NCBI GenBank assembly: GCA_030429505.1
Contig: JAUIFI010000001.1
Location: 300,001-332,000 of the forward strand
DNA from: Candidatus Saccharimonadota bacterium
Lineage (GTDB): Bacteria > Patescibacteriota > Gracilibacteria > UBA4473
Direction of reading: 5' to 3'
DNA: 32,000 bases
Of this stretch, positions 19,170 through 28,001 are shown piece after piece. Each line of letters begins with the position of its first letter. The stretch's first letter is position 1. A program made the position numbers and the translations under genes. The notes beneath the pieces are model-generated. The model was not told the origin of the DNA. It searched no databases and saw only the letters and a list, made by a program, of their open reading frames with translations.

Positions 19170-19685
19170 CTAACTACCAGTAGCACTAGCAGTAGCATCA
19201 AGTTTAATAGTAGTATACCCAGTTGGAGTCGGAGCCGTAGAAGTATCACAGACAAAATTTGAAACAGCGTTTGTTAAGCCATTCAAGGCATCTACAGCAT
19301 CTGCTGTTCCGTCAACTATAACATTTTCCGCATCTTCAGACCAAGTAGCTAAAAAGAATTCATTGTCAGAAGCTTGAGAACCAGTACCTGCATTATAACT
19401 ATAAAAATAACAAAGATCTTCTCCAGTTGGAATAGTTACATCATTCTCTCTAAGAGCATCTTTGAGCTCAACGGCAGTAAGAACATACTTAGTGTTGCTC
19501 CATTCAGTAGCCTCTTTTGACTTAATAATATTAGCTGCTGTTGATACAAAAGCCTGTCTTCGAGCATCACGAGCTTTGCCGAAATACCCCTGAAAAGTTC
19601 CAGCCGCTATGAGCGACAAAATACCAATGATCACAATAACGACCAAGAGCTCAATAAGAGAGAATCCGAAATGTTTCTTTTTCAT
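19170..19685 (-). CDS. Type IV pilin (prepilin-type N-terminal cleavage/methylation domain)
   Basis: MKKKHFG|FSLIELLVVIVIIGILSLIAAGTF is the canonical class III signal, with Gly-1, Phe+1 and Glu+5. The C-terminal domain is variable and Thr/Ala-rich. Confidence 0.92.
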   Translation of the reverse strand: MKKKHFGFSLIELLVVIVIIGILSLIAAGTFQGYFGKARDARRQAFVSTAANIIKSKEATEWSNTKYVLTAVELKDALRENDVTIPTGEDLCYFYSYNAGTGSQASDNEFFLATWSEDAENVIVDGTADAVDALNGLTNAVSNFVCDTSTAPTPTGYTTIKLDATASATGS

Positions 19686-19859
19686 GTTTATTTTAATTAC
19701 GTAAGAAAAAACAAAAAGTCTTTACAACAAGATTTTGATGATTGGAAGCCGAGAAATCAAATTTTTTGTTCAAAAATAAGTAGCCAATATTATTAAAATG
19801 TTTTTATATGTAAATATTAATGGGAGATTAATTTGAGTAAAAGGAGCGTACAAGCCTTA

Positions 19860-19888
19860 TTGACAAAGTAAATCTTATCAAAGACAAT
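19860..19888 (+). promoter_or_regulatory. Putative promoter for trmD, very short leader
   Basis: TTGACA (19860-19865), 17 nt, GACAAT (19883-19888), only 9 nt before ATG 19898. Confidence 0.4.
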
Positions 19889-19897
19889 TTACACGAT

Positions 19898-20575
19898 ATG
19901 AGATTTGATGTGCTAACTCTCTTTCCGGAAATGTTTAATAACTTTCTCTCCACTTCCATTATTGGAAGAGCTATAGAAAGTAATAAAATCGAAGTGAATT
20001 TGTTTAATATACGAGATTTTGCGACCAATAAACATAAAAAAGTAGATGATGTCCCCTTTGGGGGCGGGGCGGGAATGGTTATGATGTGTCAACCACTATT
20101 TGACAGTATTGAATACGTAAAAAATCTCAAAAAAGATAAAGCTCCAGTCATATTCCTTACTCCTAAAGGAGAAACGTTAGATCAGATCATGACAGAAGGG
20201 CTTGCTCAAACATATAGAAACAAAAGAATAATCCTCCTTTGTGGACATTATGAAGGCATTGATGAGAGAGTTCGAGAAAATCTTGTAGACAGAGAAATTT
20301 CAATCGGAAACTTCGTTCTCACTGGCGGAGAATTACCTGCACAAATACTCATCGATGCTATGAGTAGACTCATTCCAGGGGTCTTGGGAGAGCAAAAAAG
20401 TTCTGAGGAAGAAAGTTTTTCAGCACCATTAAATAGAGAATTAGAGTATCCTCATTACACAAGACCTGCTGTATTTCGCGACAAACCAGTTCCCGAAGTA
20501 CTTCTTTCCGGTCACCATGCTGAAATAGACGCATGGCGAAAATCACAGACGAAGCCAGTTCGGAAAAAAATTTGA
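19898..20575 (+). CDS. trmD: tRNA (guanine37-N1)-methyltransferase
   Basis: MRFDVLTLFPEMF..., GGGAGMVM, LLCGHYEGIDERV and ISIGNFVLTGGELPA are hallmark TrmD motifs. 225 aa. Confidence 0.95.
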   Translation: MRFDVLTLFPEMFNNFLSTSIIGRAIESNKIEVNLFNIRDFATNKHKKVDDVPFGGGAGMVMMCQPLFDSIEYVKNLKKDKAPVIFLTPKGETLDQIMTEGLAQTYRNKRIILLCGHYEGIDERVRENLVDREISIGNFVLTGGELPAQILIDAMSRLIPGVLGEQKSSEEESFSAPLNRELEYPHYTRPAVFRDKPVPEVLLSGHHAEIDAWRKSQTKPVRKKI

Positions 20576-20619
20576 AAAACCTCTGTTTTTCTTCGATAAT
20601 AAAAACACTAAAAACCAAA

Positions 20620-21384
20620 ATGAAAACAAATACAGAAGAAAAAAGCTTAAATATATCATCCCTCTTTTCCCGATTTATTGTTGGGTTTGGAGCAGGCTTT
20701 GTAGGAATGATAGTTCTTGGTATTATCTTATTCTCCACTTGGAAAATCATTGGAGATGTTTTAATCCCCCCAGAGGGAGCTCCTGATCAATTGGGAGTAA
20801 AAGTCAATGAAGTCCAGACTCATCCACTCTTCCTTATTATTATAACTCTAGCTATTTTCCTCTCCACCCTAGCGGCAAACCTGACTTATGCTTTCCTCAG
20901 TACTGTAGTTCAAGAAGAATTTTCAAGACGTTCAACATCACTCACCCATGTATTCTTTGGAAATCTAACTTTACTTATCTTCTTTTTACCTCTCTATTTT
21001 TCAACTAACGTAGTGTTTGGAGCGCAGGGGATTGCTATTAGCAGTATTCTTCATATTGTCATTTCAGTGTTTTTTACCTTATCAGTCATCCAATCCATTC
21101 ATCAATCAAAATATTTAATGGTAAACCTTTACGGAAATTTGTTTGGAATCATATTATTTACTTTTCTAGTAACAGTCTTTTCAGACATAGATACGATCAC
21201 GCTCTTCTTTATATCATTTCCCTTCTTTATAGGAAGTATGGCTTTTGGAAATCGTGTTATTGAGCTTGTATATGCTTGGATATATAAAAATTATGGAACG
21301 GATTTTCTGAATGTCGATACGAATTTTGGAGATGACTACGGACTTCACGATGACACAAGTTTGAAAAATGACTTTGATATCTGA
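20620..21384 (+). CDS. Hypothetical polytopic membrane protein (about 6 TM)
   Basis: I prefer ATG 20620 (MKTNTEEK...) over the track start at 20533, which overlaps trmD. Multiple hydrophobic helices and an acidic C-terminal tail. No recognised family. Confidence 0.55.
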   Translation: MKTNTEEKSLNISSLFSRFIVGFGAGFVGMIVLGIILFSTWKIIGDVLIPPEGAPDQLGVKVNEVQTHPLFLIIITLAIFLSTLAANLTYAFLSTVVQEEFSRRSTSLTHVFFGNLTLLIFFLPLYFSTNVVFGAQGIAISSILHIVISVFFTLSVIQSIHQSKYLMVNLYGNLFGIILFTFLVTVFSDIDTITLFFISFPFFIGSMAFGNRVIELVYAWIYKNYGTDFLNVDTNFGDDYGLHDDTSLKNDFDI

Positions 21385-21475
21385 AAAAACTCAAAAAAAG
21401 TCCTAAAAAATTTGGCGCCTATTTTTAAACTTGTTAAACTTTAGGCACATAGTTAAATCATTTAATCAAAATACA

Positions 21476-22147
21476 ATGAAAACAGCACGATTTACATCGT
21501 TTCTAGTAATAGTCGCATTAGCCTTTATAAGCTTAGAGACTCATGCATTCGCTCCTACTCCAGATTCAAACCCTGAGAGCTTTAATAACAAAGGAAAAAT
21601 TATGCAGGCTTATAATCAAGCCGTCCTCCAACGGGTTATGAGAATCTACCGAGAAAAAATGCTCACCGGAGAGGATAAAAATGTTTTTAATCAAAGATCA
21701 AGACTCAACGAAGGAAAAAAAGATGCGCATGTAAATGATCAACCAAATGACATGGTGAGAGAAGGTCCTATGGATCCATACGGATATAGTGGATCATATT
21801 CACCAGCTTCGTATCATCGACCAAGTGCTAGACAAGTATATAGAGAAGCTGCTATTTGTTACTACATTGAACAAAGAAATGATTGTTATACTCGAGAAAG
21901 ACTTCTTGAAAACCTTGTCTATGCTGATCATAGACATAAGGTCAGTACAGACTTCCTCAAAACCATCTTCTGGAAGCAACCCGTCGATACCATCGCTCTC
22001 GTTAGAGAAGAGCAAAAAAACCGATTTCAAAATAGATATGCTGATGTGGGAGCTGGAAATCAAAAAACAATACAAAGAAAAGCAGGAGATCGATTTACAT
22101 CTCCCTACTTAAAGCTTCCAGATGAAGTAAAAGATTTAGATCTATAA
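21476..22147 (+). CDS. Secreted hypothetical protein
   Basis: ATG 21476 gives the signal peptide MKTARFTSFLVIVALAFISLETHAFA. The mature part is polar with one Cys pair (CYYIEQRNDC). No recognised domain. Confidence 0.55.
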   Translation: MKTARFTSFLVIVALAFISLETHAFAPTPDSNPESFNNKGKIMQAYNQAVLQRVMRIYREKMLTGEDKNVFNQRSRLNEGKKDAHVNDQPNDMVREGPMDPYGYSGSYSPASYHRPSARQVYREAAICYYIEQRNDCYTRERLLENLVYADHRHKVSTDFLKTIFWKQPVDTIALVREEQKNRFQNRYADVGAGNQKTIQRKAGDRFTSPYLKLPDEVKDLDL

Positions 22148-22171
22148 TTTGATAAATACTTTAGAAATAAG

Positions 22172-22198
22172 AAAGCCTCTCAAAAAAGAGGTTTTTTT
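22172..22198. terminator. Rho-independent terminator between convergent genes
   Basis: AAAGCCTCT-CAAAAA-AGAGGTTTTTTT: a 9-bp stem including one G-U pair, followed by a T-run on the plus strand. The upstream sequence is A-rich, which would serve the minus-strand M23 gene. Confidence 0.65.
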
Positions 22199-22212
22199 AT
22201 AACTCTCAAAAC

Positions 22213-23571
22213 TTATTCTTTAATAGTTGGCAAAAACGCAAATGGATTTACAAACTTTCCTCCAGAAAAGACTTCAAAGTGTAGATGGGGTCCTGCTGTA
22301 AAAAAACCAGCTCCTAGCGTTCCAGGAGTGCCTCCTGTCTTTCCAATTAGTTTCCCTTTTTCAACTTGCTGCCCCTCATTCACAAAAATATCTGACACAT
22401 GACCGTAAACTGTATAAAGGTCTTTATCGTGCTCTAAGACAAAATAAGAGTATCCATAACCATTATGAACAACCTTACGAACCATACCATCAGAAGGAGC
22501 AATGATATCAGTTCCTTGCGGAGCCACAAAATCAACGCCGTTATGATCCTTTCCAAACTCTTTTTTATATTCAGGATCTTGAAATCGAGCTGATACTTTA
22601 ATCGGTATAGAGAGTGGAAAATCAAAAAGAGGAGTGAAATTTGCATCATTCTTTGATTCATCTGATTCTTGTAATTTTTCTTCTATGTTTCCCAAGGCTG
22701 AACGTAAATTTTGTAAATAGGCAAGACTTTCCGTATGTTCTCGACTCCAATTATCTATCTCTTTCTGAAGCTTTCCCTCTGAAAATTCAAGTCTGGCTCG
22801 CAATCGAGCTTTCCCATCAGCTAAATGTCTAATAATAGTATTATTATCCATCAAAGACATATTCAATTCTTGAATGCGATGAAAAAGAAGTGCCGCATGG
22901 CGTTCTTTGGCCTCTAGAGACTGCTGCGCTTTATCTAACGAACGAACCATCTGTTTTTTCTCCTTTTTTTTCTGATCTCGTACCCATTGTTCTTCTAGGA
23001 GATGACTCATAGTTTGTTTCGAAAAAAGCCATTTTAGGACTGATAAGTTCTGATCCTGGCTCAAACTTTCATCACGAACCGATTGAGTAATAACCGTTTC
23101 TTCTAGATCATCTTGAGCAATTCTGATCAAAGCCTTAAGTTCTGATTTTTCTTTAGTCAATTGTTCAAGTCTATCCTGCCAAGAACGCTGTTGTTCCGTT
23201 AATTTTTCTATCTTCTGTTGTTGTAGGCTTATATCCTCATCAAGTATCTTTAATTGATCTTCCAAAGATTGCTTTGTATTTTGGGCTTGCCATAACTCTT
23301 GCCGAGCAGTATCTAGAGAACTTTTAAAATTCGATAATTCAGCTTCTTCGACCATAATTTTTTGACGAATTTCCGTAAGATCCTTATCAGTAAGTTTATC
23401 TGGAATCTCAATATCTGGAATCTGAATGACAGGCTCTCTATCCTCAGGAATCATTTCTTTTTGAGACGCTTTTGGCTGAAAAAAGAAATCCAAAAATTTA
23501 TTCACTTCATCGGCAAATCTGGCCTGTGTCAAAGAAGGAATGAGCAGAAAAATCCAAAAAAACTTTTTCAT
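22213..23571 (-). CDS. M23 family metallopeptidase with long N-terminal coiled coil (EnvC-like murein hydrolase or activator)
   Basis: Signal peptide MKKFFWIFLLIPSLTQA, taking ATG 23571 as the start. About 280 aa are Gln/Glu/Leu/Lys-rich coiled coil. The C-terminal LytM domain carries HNGVDFVAPQGTDIIAPSDG and GPHLHFEV. Confidence 0.88.
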   Translation of the reverse strand: MKKFFWIFLLIPSLTQARFADEVNKFLDFFFQPKASQKEMIPEDREPVIQIPDIEIPDKLTDKDLTEIRQKIMVEEAELSNFKSSLDTARQELWQAQNTKQSLEDQLKILDEDISLQQQKIEKLTEQQRSWQDRLEQLTKEKSELKALIRIAQDDLEETVITQSVRDESLSQDQNLSVLKWLFSKQTMSHLLEEQWVRDQKKKEKKQMVRSLDKAQQSLEAKERHAALLFHRIQELNMSLMDNNTIIRHLADGKARLRARLEFSEGKLQKEIDNWSREHTESLAYLQNLRSALGNIEEKLQESDESKNDANFTPLFDFPLSIPIKVSARFQDPEYKKEFGKDHNGVDFVAPQGTDIIAPSDGMVRKVVHNGYGYSYFVLEHDKDLYTVYGHVSDIFVNEGQQVEKGKLIGKTGGTPGTLGAGFFTAGPHLHFEVFSGGKFVNPFAFLPTIKE

Positions 23572-23579
23572 ACACACAG

Positions 23580-23608
23580 ATTGTACGCTAAAAAGAAATG
23601 GATATGAA
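23580..23608 (-). promoter_or_regulatory. Putative promoter for the M23 gene, near-leaderless
   Basis: On the minus strand: TTCATA (23608..23603), 17 nt, TACAAT (23585..23580), 8 nt before the ATG. The -35 box lies inside the divergent nth coding sequence. Confidence 0.3.
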
Positions 23609-24266
23609 GCCAATCAATCCCCATATATTCACACAAAAAATAATCAACCATTATCCAAAAGAAAAATGCCATCTCCATTGGGACGAAAAACGTCCTTGGA
23701 CACTCCTCTTTGCCGTTATACTATCCGCTCAATGTACCGATAAAAGAGTAAATATGGTGACACCAAAGCTTTTTCAAGAATTTCCAGACCTTCCAAGTTT
23801 TGTCGCAAAACCCATAGAAGCATTGGAAAATATTATTAAACCGACCGGTTTTTATCGAAACAAAGCGAAAAATATAAAAAAATGTGCAGAAACGCTTTTA
23901 CTAAAACATAATGGGAAAGTACCAGACGCTATGCACGATCTGATAAATCTTCAGGGAGTTGGCAGAAAAACCGCCAATGTTATCCTGTGGAATTTATTCA
24001 AAAAAAATATTGGATTCGTCGTTGATACCCACATCGGACGTATTAGTCGACGGGTTGGTCTCACCCGACACATCAATCCTGTAAAAGTCGAACAAGACCT
24101 TATGAAAAAAATTTCCCAAGACCAGTGGGGGAGTCTGTCTCATCGACTCATCCAGTTTGGACGAGATTTCTGTAAAGCTCCCATGCCAAAATGTTCATCG
24201 TGCTTTTTACAAGACATGTGCCCCAAAAGAGGAGTGAAAAAATGGAAGTATATCATAAAAAAATGA
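23598..24266 (+). CDS. nth: Endonuclease III (DNA glycosylase/AP lyase)
   Basis: HhH-GPD motif LINLQGVGRKTANVIL, catalytic-Asp context VDTHIGRISRR, and C-terminal 4Fe-4S ligands C-x6-C-x2-C-x5-C (CKAPMPKCSSCFLQDMC). Confidence 0.93.
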   Translation: MDMKPINPHIFTQKIINHYPKEKCHLHWDEKRPWTLLFAVILSAQCTDKRVNMVTPKLFQEFPDLPSFVAKPIEALENIIKPTGFYRNKAKNIKKCAETLLLKHNGKVPDAMHDLINLQGVGRKTANVILWNLFKKNIGFVVDTHIGRISRRVGLTRHINPVKVEQDLMKKISQDQWGSLSHRLIQFGRDFCKAPMPKCSSCFLQDMCPKRGVKKWKYIIKK

Positions 24267-24300
24267 GAGATATCTACCTTTACGGGAGATGCCTCTCATT
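24262..24300 (-). terminator. Long hairpin terminator for the orphan gene, overlapping the nth stop codon
   Basis: AATGAGAGATATCTACC-TTTAC-GGGAGATGCCTCTCATT: a 17-position stem with 14 Watson-Crick pairs, one G-U pair and 2 mismatches. On the minus strand it is followed by TTTTTT (the complement of the AAAAAA at the nth 3' end). Confidence 0.55.
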
Positions 24301-24329
24301 GATTTGAAAATCAACCACCATCGTTCAGA

Positions 24330-25103
24330 TCATGACTGAGATGCTTGTGGAGCCTTGTAATCAAGGAAAAAATCGATCATCGCTTGTAGAAGCTTATGAG
24401 TACCCATGAAAGAAGGAAGTCCACCCCGCCGTAATCCTTCTTCGCCTCGCTTCGCCCAGTGTTTAACAAAGTCAAATTGGTATCCAGGATGGGTATAACC
24501 GTAATACGCTATTTCCTGAGGAATAGCGAAACAACGTATCATAGCAGGGTCTTGATTGTCCACAGGCAAAACTCCAAAAAACGGTCTTTCCGGATTTAGG
24601 TCCAGACAACAGACTTGGAAGGATCCATCATCCACAAACTTCTTCCAAGGAAAGAGTTCTTTGCCCCCAGTAAAAGAGAGCCACTTTTGATTTTCTGCAT
24701 GTGCTGCAATAAAGGGAAGTTCCTCTTCTTCTGGCGGAATATCGAGTTTCCCTGACAAAAGAGGAGAGGTTTGCAGTCTTCGTACCAACCTCTTTTTTCC
24801 ATACTCAATACACCTAGCACACCCAGCATCAGTATATCCAAGATTGACCGCAAAATAAGCCAGACCTTGCGGTAAGCTGAAAAATTGGACGGAGGACATG
24901 TTGTCATTCGTTAACAGTTTAACGTAGGGATTTTTATACTCTTCTGGTATCTGGGCAGGAGATTGAAAATACAAATTACTCACAAACCATTCAGATGGTA
25001 CTTCAAATTCACGCCAATCCTGAATTTCTACTTCAGTCGGTTTGGGAACATAATTAGCATTCTGGCGATCAATAATTTTCGGCAGCTTCGTTTTGCTCGT
25101 CAT
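24330..25103 (-). CDS. Orphan hypothetical protein with internal two-fold repeat
   Basis: 257 aa, rich in aromatic residues and Pro and poor in Lys compared with its neighbours. The motif F-x-[LI]-P-Q-x-[LI]-A-Y-[FY] occurs twice (FFSLPQGLAYFAV... and CFAIPQEIAYYGY...), each followed by a basic patch (KKRLVRR / KRGEEGLRR). No family recognised. Confidence 0.6.
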   Translation of the reverse strand: MTSKTKLPKIIDRQNANYVPKPTEVEIQDWREFEVPSEWFVSNLYFQSPAQIPEEYKNPYVKLLTNDNMSSVQFFSLPQGLAYFAVNLGYTDAGCARCIEYGKKRLVRRLQTSPLLSGKLDIPPEEEELPFIAAHAENQKWLSFTGGKELFPWKKFVDDGSFQVCCLDLNPERPFFGVLPVDNQDPAMIRCFAIPQEIAYYGYTHPGYQFDFVKHWAKRGEEGLRRGGLPSFMGTHKLLQAMIDFFLDYKAPQASQS

Positions 25104-25110
25104 CAGATTT

Positions 25111-25116
25111 CCTCCT
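25111..25116 (-). promoter_or_regulatory. Perfect Shine-Dalgarno (AGGAGG) for the orphan gene
   Basis: On the minus strand: AGGAGG-AAATCTG-ATG, a 7-nt spacer. I found no other start codon in this window with a full AGGAGG at canonical spacing. Confidence 0.7.
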
Positions 25117-25224
25117 GAATTGAAAAGAACAATATTTTGTCTGTGTTTGTTTGACTAATAACATTAAAAGATAATGCATCAAAAAAAGCAAACGAATCAA
25201 CAGGATGTTAAAAAAGATAAATCT

Positions 25225-27822
25225 TTATTTCTTCTTCCGATTCATGGCCCGTCTCTGTTTTCGACTGAGCTGAGGTTCTGATCCTCGATTTTTCTGCATT
25301 GATGATCGTTGTTTTGTATTGTTTGCTTGTGACTGTCCTTGAAGTGTCGATAAGATCTGTTGAGCATTGGTAACAGCATCAGAATAGCTCGCTTTTACCA
25401 TCGGAGTTGAGCGACGGTATTCCACTCGAAACAAATTTTGTACTACTGTTTGATTAATGGTCTTTAACAAAGTTTTAAACATTTCAAAAGCTTCACGTTT
25501 GTACTCCATAACCGGATCTTTTTGAGCATATCCGGACAAAGCCACTCTATCACGCAGATGCGTCATTTCATTAATGTGATTGAGCCACAACTCATCGATT
25601 GAACGAAGTACGACAAATTTTGTCATTCGATCAAGTAAACCTTCTTCATCTTCAGCTTCAACGGCTTTCTTTTTTTCTTCCCATCCATTCAAAAGATAAT
25701 TCTGCAGATTCTCAGTCATATCATCCCTTTGAGTAAACCCTTCTAATTCATCAAGCGTTAAAGGACTTGTACTCGAAATATGAAGAGCATTCATACTTTC
25801 CAGTATTTCTGAACGATTCCATGCGCCATCATCTTCATCACTTGGAGCATGCACAAGAACAATGCCTGTTACTAATTCTTTAATCATTGCTTCAATATCT
25901 TCCAAAAGAGAATCAGCAAAAAGGATTTGACGTCTCCGTCCATACATTTTTTCTCTATGAATATTCATAACATCATCGTACTGTACGACATGTTTTCGAG
26001 AATCAAAGTGAAAACCTTCAATTTTCTTCTGAGCATTTTCTACCGAACGTGAAATTATTTTATTCTCAATTGCTTCATCCTCTGGCATATTGAGACGTTC
26101 CATCAACATCGACATTCGTTCTCCACCAAATCGACGCATTAAATCATCGGTCATCGAGATATAAAATTGAGAAAATCCTGGATCTCCTTGACGCCCCGCC
26201 CGTCCTCGCAACTGATTATCAATCCGTCTTGATTCATGTCGTTCTGTTCCCAAAATAGCAAGACCACCCACATCAATCACACCTTCGCCGAGTTTAATAT
26301 CCGTTCCTCGCCCTGCCATATTTGTAGCAATCGTAACAGCTCCACGTTGACCAGCATTGGCGACAATATCAGCTTCTCGTTCATGCTGTTTGGCATTGAG
26401 CACTTCGTGGCGAATCCCTTCTTTTTTCAAAAGCTGTGACAACACCTCAGACTTATCAATATTAATTGTTCCGATAAGAACAGGTTGTCCTTTTTCATGC
26501 AATTGTTTAGCTTCTTTAGCTAAGGCCAAAAATTTTCCGCGTTCATTTTTGAAAATTTTATCTGGTAAATCCTGACGAGTAATAGGCTTATTCGTCGGAA
26601 TTACAATCGTGTCGAGCTTATAAATCTTGGCAAACTCTTCGGCCTCAGTTTCTGCTGTTCCGGTCATACCAGCAAGTTTTTCATACAGCCGAAAATAATT
26701 TTGAAAGGTGATAGTCGCCAAAGTTTTTGATTCTCGTTGAATCTCTACAGACTCTTTTGCCTCTAAAGACTGATGAAGACCATCAGAGTAACGACGACCA
26801 GGCATGAGACGTCCGGTAAATTCATCGACAATAATGACCTGTCCATCTCTAACCACATAATCACGATCTTTTTCAAAAATAACCTTCGCCTTCAAAGCAT
26901 TTTCAATGTGATGAACCTCATCAAATCCACTTTCTGTAAAAATATTATCAACCTTTAAAAGTTTTTCGAGTTTAGCCACTCCTTTTTCGCTCAAAGTTGC
27001 AGTTTTGAGTTTCAAATCAATATTATAGTCCTCATTTTCTACAAGCTGAGGAATTAAACGTGCATAATGACTATACTTTTCTGTCGATTCTTCCGCCGGA
27101 GCTGAAATGATCAAGGGAGTTCGAGCTTCATCGATTAAGATAGAATCCACTTCATCAACAATGGTATAATGCAAGTCTCGCTGTACTAAATCATCTTTAT
27201 CCTGAGTCATATTATCCCGTAAATAATCAAACCCAAACTCATTATTCGTTCCATAAGTAATATCACACGAGTACGCTTCTCTCCGTTCAGTGTTTGTTTT
27301 TCCATTTATAATCACCCCAACACTCAGACCGCAAAATTCATATAAAGGACGCATCCATTCACTATCTCGTTGTGCCAAATAATCATTTACTGTTACTACA
27401 TGCACCCCTTTTCCTGTTAAAGCGTTAAGTACTACTGGTAATGTACAGACCAATGTTTTTCCTTCACCAGTCTTCATTTCTGCTATTTTTCCCTGATGCA
27501 GCACCATACCACCGATAAGCTGAACATCATAAGGCACCATATTCCAAATTTGATCTTTTTCTCTTACCTCAAAAGACTTTCCTGCTAAACGTTTAGCTAC
27601 AGTCTTTACCGCAGCAAAAACTTCTACTAAATATTCATCTACCTTAACTGGATCTTGAGAGAGGATATCACGCCATTCTGAAAACTTTGCCTTTAAATCC
27701 TCGTCACTCAAATTTTCAAACTGTGACTCATGGTGATGGATTTTATCTACCAAAGGCTGTAAGGACTTGAGTTGCTTTTCATTATAGCTACCAAATACAG
27801 ACTGAAAGACTTTTTGAAGCAT
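25225..27822 (-). CDS. secA: Preprotein translocase ATPase SecA
   Basis: 865 aa. Walker A MKTGEGKTLV, DEAD-like VDEVDSILIDEARTPLIIS, and TNMAGRGTDIKLG. The C-terminus is a Lys/Arg-rich tail with no Cys, so the zinc-finger tail is absent. Confidence 0.97.
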   Translation of the reverse strand: MLQKVFQSVFGSYNEKQLKSLQPLVDKIHHHESQFENLSDEDLKAKFSEWRDILSQDPVKVDEYLVEVFAAVKTVAKRLAGKSFEVREKDQIWNMVPYDVQLIGGMVLHQGKIAEMKTGEGKTLVCTLPVVLNALTGKGVHVVTVNDYLAQRDSEWMRPLYEFCGLSVGVIINGKTNTERREAYSCDITYGTNNEFGFDYLRDNMTQDKDDLVQRDLHYTIVDEVDSILIDEARTPLIISAPAEESTEKYSHYARLIPQLVENEDYNIDLKLKTATLSEKGVAKLEKLLKVDNIFTESGFDEVHHIENALKAKVIFEKDRDYVVRDGQVIIVDEFTGRLMPGRRYSDGLHQSLEAKESVEIQRESKTLATITFQNYFRLYEKLAGMTGTAETEAEEFAKIYKLDTIVIPTNKPITRQDLPDKIFKNERGKFLALAKEAKQLHEKGQPVLIGTINIDKSEVLSQLLKKEGIRHEVLNAKQHEREADIVANAGQRGAVTIATNMAGRGTDIKLGEGVIDVGGLAILGTERHESRRIDNQLRGRAGRQGDPGFSQFYISMTDDLMRRFGGERMSMLMERLNMPEDEAIENKIISRSVENAQKKIEGFHFDSRKHVVQYDDVMNIHREKMYGRRRQILFADSLLEDIEAMIKELVTGIVLVHAPSDEDDGAWNRSEILESMNALHISSTSPLTLDELEGFTQRDDMTENLQNYLLNGWEEKKKAVEAEDEEGLLDRMTKFVVLRSIDELWLNHINEMTHLRDRVALSGYAQKDPVMEYKREAFEMFKTLLKTINQTVVQNLFRVEYRRSTPMVKASYSDAVTNAQQILSTLQGQSQANNTKQRSSMQKNRGSEPQLSRKQRRAMNRKKK

Positions 27823-27966
27823 AGAGATGTTTTACAGAGGAAGCATGGAGCATACTACAGAAAAAAGGTATTTTGAAAAGAGAAATAATAATAGAGTGTA
27901 TAAATGAAAGACCCAATAAAAATATCTTGAGAATTAGAAAAGCTAAAAAGAAAGTTAAGATTGTTT

Positions 27967-27995
27967 TTGCTTTTTTTTTCTTTGTATGTTAAAAT
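27967..27995 (+). promoter_or_regulatory. Putative promoter for pilT, leaderless geometry
   Basis: TTGCTT (27967-27972), 17 nt, TAAAAT (27990-27995), 6 nt before ATG 28002. Confidence 0.35.
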
Positions 27996-28001
27996 AAACA
28001 G

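Noticed and set aside
20574-20591. GAAAAAC-CTCT-GTTTTTC hairpin after trmD as a terminator
   Set aside because: The stem is almost entirely A-U and there is no extended T-run. The downstream membrane gene is probably co-transcribed.
24330-25103. GC-content anomaly as evidence of horizontal transfer of the orphan gene
   Set aside because: Hand counts of three 60-nt lines gave 26-32 GC, while lines in the neighbouring nth and secA genes gave 24-26. The difference is too small and the sampling too sparse to support the claim, so only the RBS and amino-acid composition are reported.
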